Virus record (IMG/VR): IMGVR_UViG_3300044680_000280
Coordinates: 1 to 64,000 of that record
Direction: 5' to 3' (one strand)
Length of the DNA: 64,000 nt
Below the pieces are notes generated by a model that saw only the letters and a list, made by a program, of their open reading frames with translations, made no database searches and was not told where the DNA came from. A program made the position numbers and the translations under genes. Shown in pieces: positions 63,001 through 64,000 of the stretch. Numbering within the stretch: position 1 is the first letter of the stretch; each line of letters starts with the position of its first letter.

Positions 63001-63961
63001 AAGTGAGATCGACTTGACGCGTCCAAAATAGCACCCGCCCATTTGGAAAGGGACCAGCCACAGTCTTCGTGACAGTCAGAAGGCTGTTGGCGATAGACGT
63101 TGTGCCCGTACCTGTTCGATCCCACGGGGCAATCGGATCGTTTTCGGGAAGGGCCGTCGCCCCGTAAGAAACGAAGGTCGAGGTCACTTCCCTTGAAAGG
63201 GGCGGGTATGCGATCTTGTGAAGGGGTGAATTCAGAACAAGAAGGTTCGGATCGTTCAAAACCGCAGTGTACGCCCGCTCGTAGGCACGGTACTTGAGAT
63301 CTCTTTGTTGAGGCTGAGGAAGAGTCGATTGGGAATTGCTCGGAACGTAATTGCTGGGGACGATGAGCTGATTGTTGTAGCGGTATTTGTGACCTGTACC
63401 GTCATCGGCATATCCCACGTCACGGTTCCAGGAATTCAAGCGAAACGCAGGACTATTCAACGAGCGAAAATCAACCGTAGGGTTCTCAATCCAAGAATAG
63501 GAGACTTTGACATCATCTCCCGGGTTTGGGGGATTCGTCAGAATGATCTGTCCAAGAAGCCCGTTCACCTGTTCTGGGATAACCTGAACGTTGTTGATGA
63601 GAACCGTGACATCATCGGCTCTCTCGGCAATTTGCCCGTTACGTGGGTCAAAAACCTCCCAGGAGATGTCAGTATTGTCTGGGTCCGGAAGGTAGAAGCA
63701 TGACACGAGCTTGACAGCCGTCGTGCTCAAAATCGTTGCAATGCGGTACGTGCCCGCATTAACGTTCGTCCCACTCAGAGTAACGTAGAGCCCGAGCATG
63801 GACGGGGTGATGAGGCCGCCGGGCAGCACAACCGTAACTGGGTCCAGAATGGTTGCCCCCGATCCGCTCGCCAGGGTAAGCGGAGGTCTTGATATTGGCC
63901 CATGATCGACGAAAATCGACCTAGAGGTTATAGCCGGGGTTGTTGTGACCGCGAAACTCAT
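60053..63961 (-). CDS. large virion protein with repeated lectin/concanavalin-like modules (baseplate wedge/tail)
   Basis: 1302 aa; repeated H.YR(L/I/M).R(D)P.G..SV(F/Y)(I/L)D motif and (T/L)PE...PW units. Confidence 0.65.
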   Translation of the reverse strand: MSFAVTTTPAITSRSIFVDHGPISRPPLTLASGSGATILDPVTVVLPGGLITPSMLGLYVTLSGTNVNAGTYRIATILSTTAVKLVSCFYLPDPDNTDISWEVFDPRNGQIAERADDVTVLINNVQVIPEQVNGLLGQIILTNPPNPGDDVKVSYSWIENPTVDFRSLNSPAFRLNSWNRDVGYADDGTGHKYRYNNQLIVPSNYVPSNSQSTLPQPQQRDLKYRAYERAYTAVLNDPNLLVLNSPLHKIAYPPLSREVTSTFVSYGATALPENDPIAPWDRTGTGTTSIANSLLTVTKTVAGPFPNGRVLFWTRQVDLTFQHVFAATWRNYITIATTTEGVFTGIAAGYSDSSKAIVLGYLTSGGVNQIGLLVSGGGNDPSVITAWSGGISNGSPTGSPATLDWTVIHSYRLFRDPSGNISVYLDGDVTPTLQVLESQLPALEELTAPFNQLQGVFFGSMSYESVNTSLWDFVKYDIIPTNPLQTAPSVFVSYEGTTTPEAASQPWTPIGYAGTETLLSTALAKSLIIDSTSATTTSVESQVGLIGGDFRGYDRIEPLLSISSDVVLDVSVQLRTFTHGISPNSVMAAIDDGNRVIQLCFFPDQSSPLFSYGGRTLPTQFQPYTWSSMGSQTGAMYGRTLRITDSSSSDGLLYYIDDTAPPTASNRVVGAANDYILEFRVLVRAFTVDPGPTSFCGVNADIYDGARSLGVMLTQFSGVPNVTLHSDGVAVQSFPFDWNDGNEHTYRMVKSTSGNLVSLFIDTVYIGSTTYANFSAPGAGLVGVISFGSTTPASLASTSTVDWIYCNAWRVLSSFSKFVGIWKGTDPNSLTGYYLPVSATGSGARVVGNALEDLSANFTEAEVQVGDSLIVDAGSNKGVYTVASVAQNVLTFTTVFPAQPSTVDYRIAIQVDWTQNHRYRIVRDPSGGISVLLDTTATPLIRAGYSNVPQSLLGVPRVINGALPSIVFGAFDPTNISQTAWNFVRYGITSSPSATRIVPPHQNLNQRNVIASPEHLFTNIPHTHTDFWSSSTGIPPEIAPDFLENPGLIAFTLLNEGTPLVPQTQTFEVRRPTVVNVPVAGLNTPGEVLNSQAFTLNNSEYKTTLVVPNDVLYNSLQVIEHDTGVTGLIAPFKDHVKSFDTITLQNEVCLTYDASTLPEDDTTSASPWSFEADDPSFVTKTTFSGTLTYGTTGSTRTSYSNRTPLLNSTGLITQVTYTLKLLADATFGLGDTQVRFGITSSGVSLALGFVTLPSGERYVLVFDQNSGQVVGGRRFDFLDGNSHQYRLLRDPTKGTFSVFIDS

Positions 63962-64000
63962 TGATTTGTCACATAATTTCTGGATATGTCTTTGGGACCA

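Noticed and set aside
46778-63961. Diversity-generating retroelement targeting tail fibres
   Set aside because: No reverse transcriptase and no near-identical TR/VR pair; paralogous blocks are diverged at all codon positions.
1-64000. Stop-codon reassignment (TAG/TGA recoding seen in some large phages)
   Set aside because: Long ORFs tile the window in the standard code, and TAA, TAG and TGA all end conserved genes.

Overview
This window is a gene-dense segment of a large tailed-phage (jumbo-phage-like) genome, almost entirely on the minus strand and in the standard genetic code. I see no tRNA, rRNA, CRISPR array or integrase. From right to left it carries: (i) a tail/baseplate block of very large Ser/Thr/Gly-rich proteins (46.8-64 kb); (ii) a membrane/lipoprotein operon; (iii) a replication block with SNF2 helicase, degenerate DnaC-like loader, DnaB, a CHC2 zinc-finger protein and family A DNA polymerase; (iv) a DUF2997/DUF1257/Ycf46-like AAA triad; (v) nucleotide metabolism genes (NT5C, thyA, folA, dNMP kinase, HD protein); (vi) ClpX, a nitrilase and a GIY-YIG endonuclease; (vii) an accessory region with DNA methyltransferases, DHH and calcineurin-like phosphoesterases, a GT4 glycosyltransferase, RNase HII and an HNH protein. 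Two patterns are not explained by the ordinary annotation. First, a short peptide motif (hydrophobic-x-x-R/K-V-A-x-R-Y/F/W-x-x-A) recurs at the N-terminus, between domains or at the C-terminus of eight otherwise unrelated proteins. These include several HExxH metalloproteases and a catalytically dead topoisomerase IB homologue; two further proteins begin with a related YDRR leader. This looks like a capsid-targeting/maturation-cleavage code for an injected protein cargo. Second, a (C)GGTGTA element precedes at least 17 gene starts with bimodal spacing (mostly 9-11 nt or 36-58 nt), suggesting a phage-specific promoter that drives near-leaderless mRNAs. All family assignments come from motif recognition by eye, not database searches.
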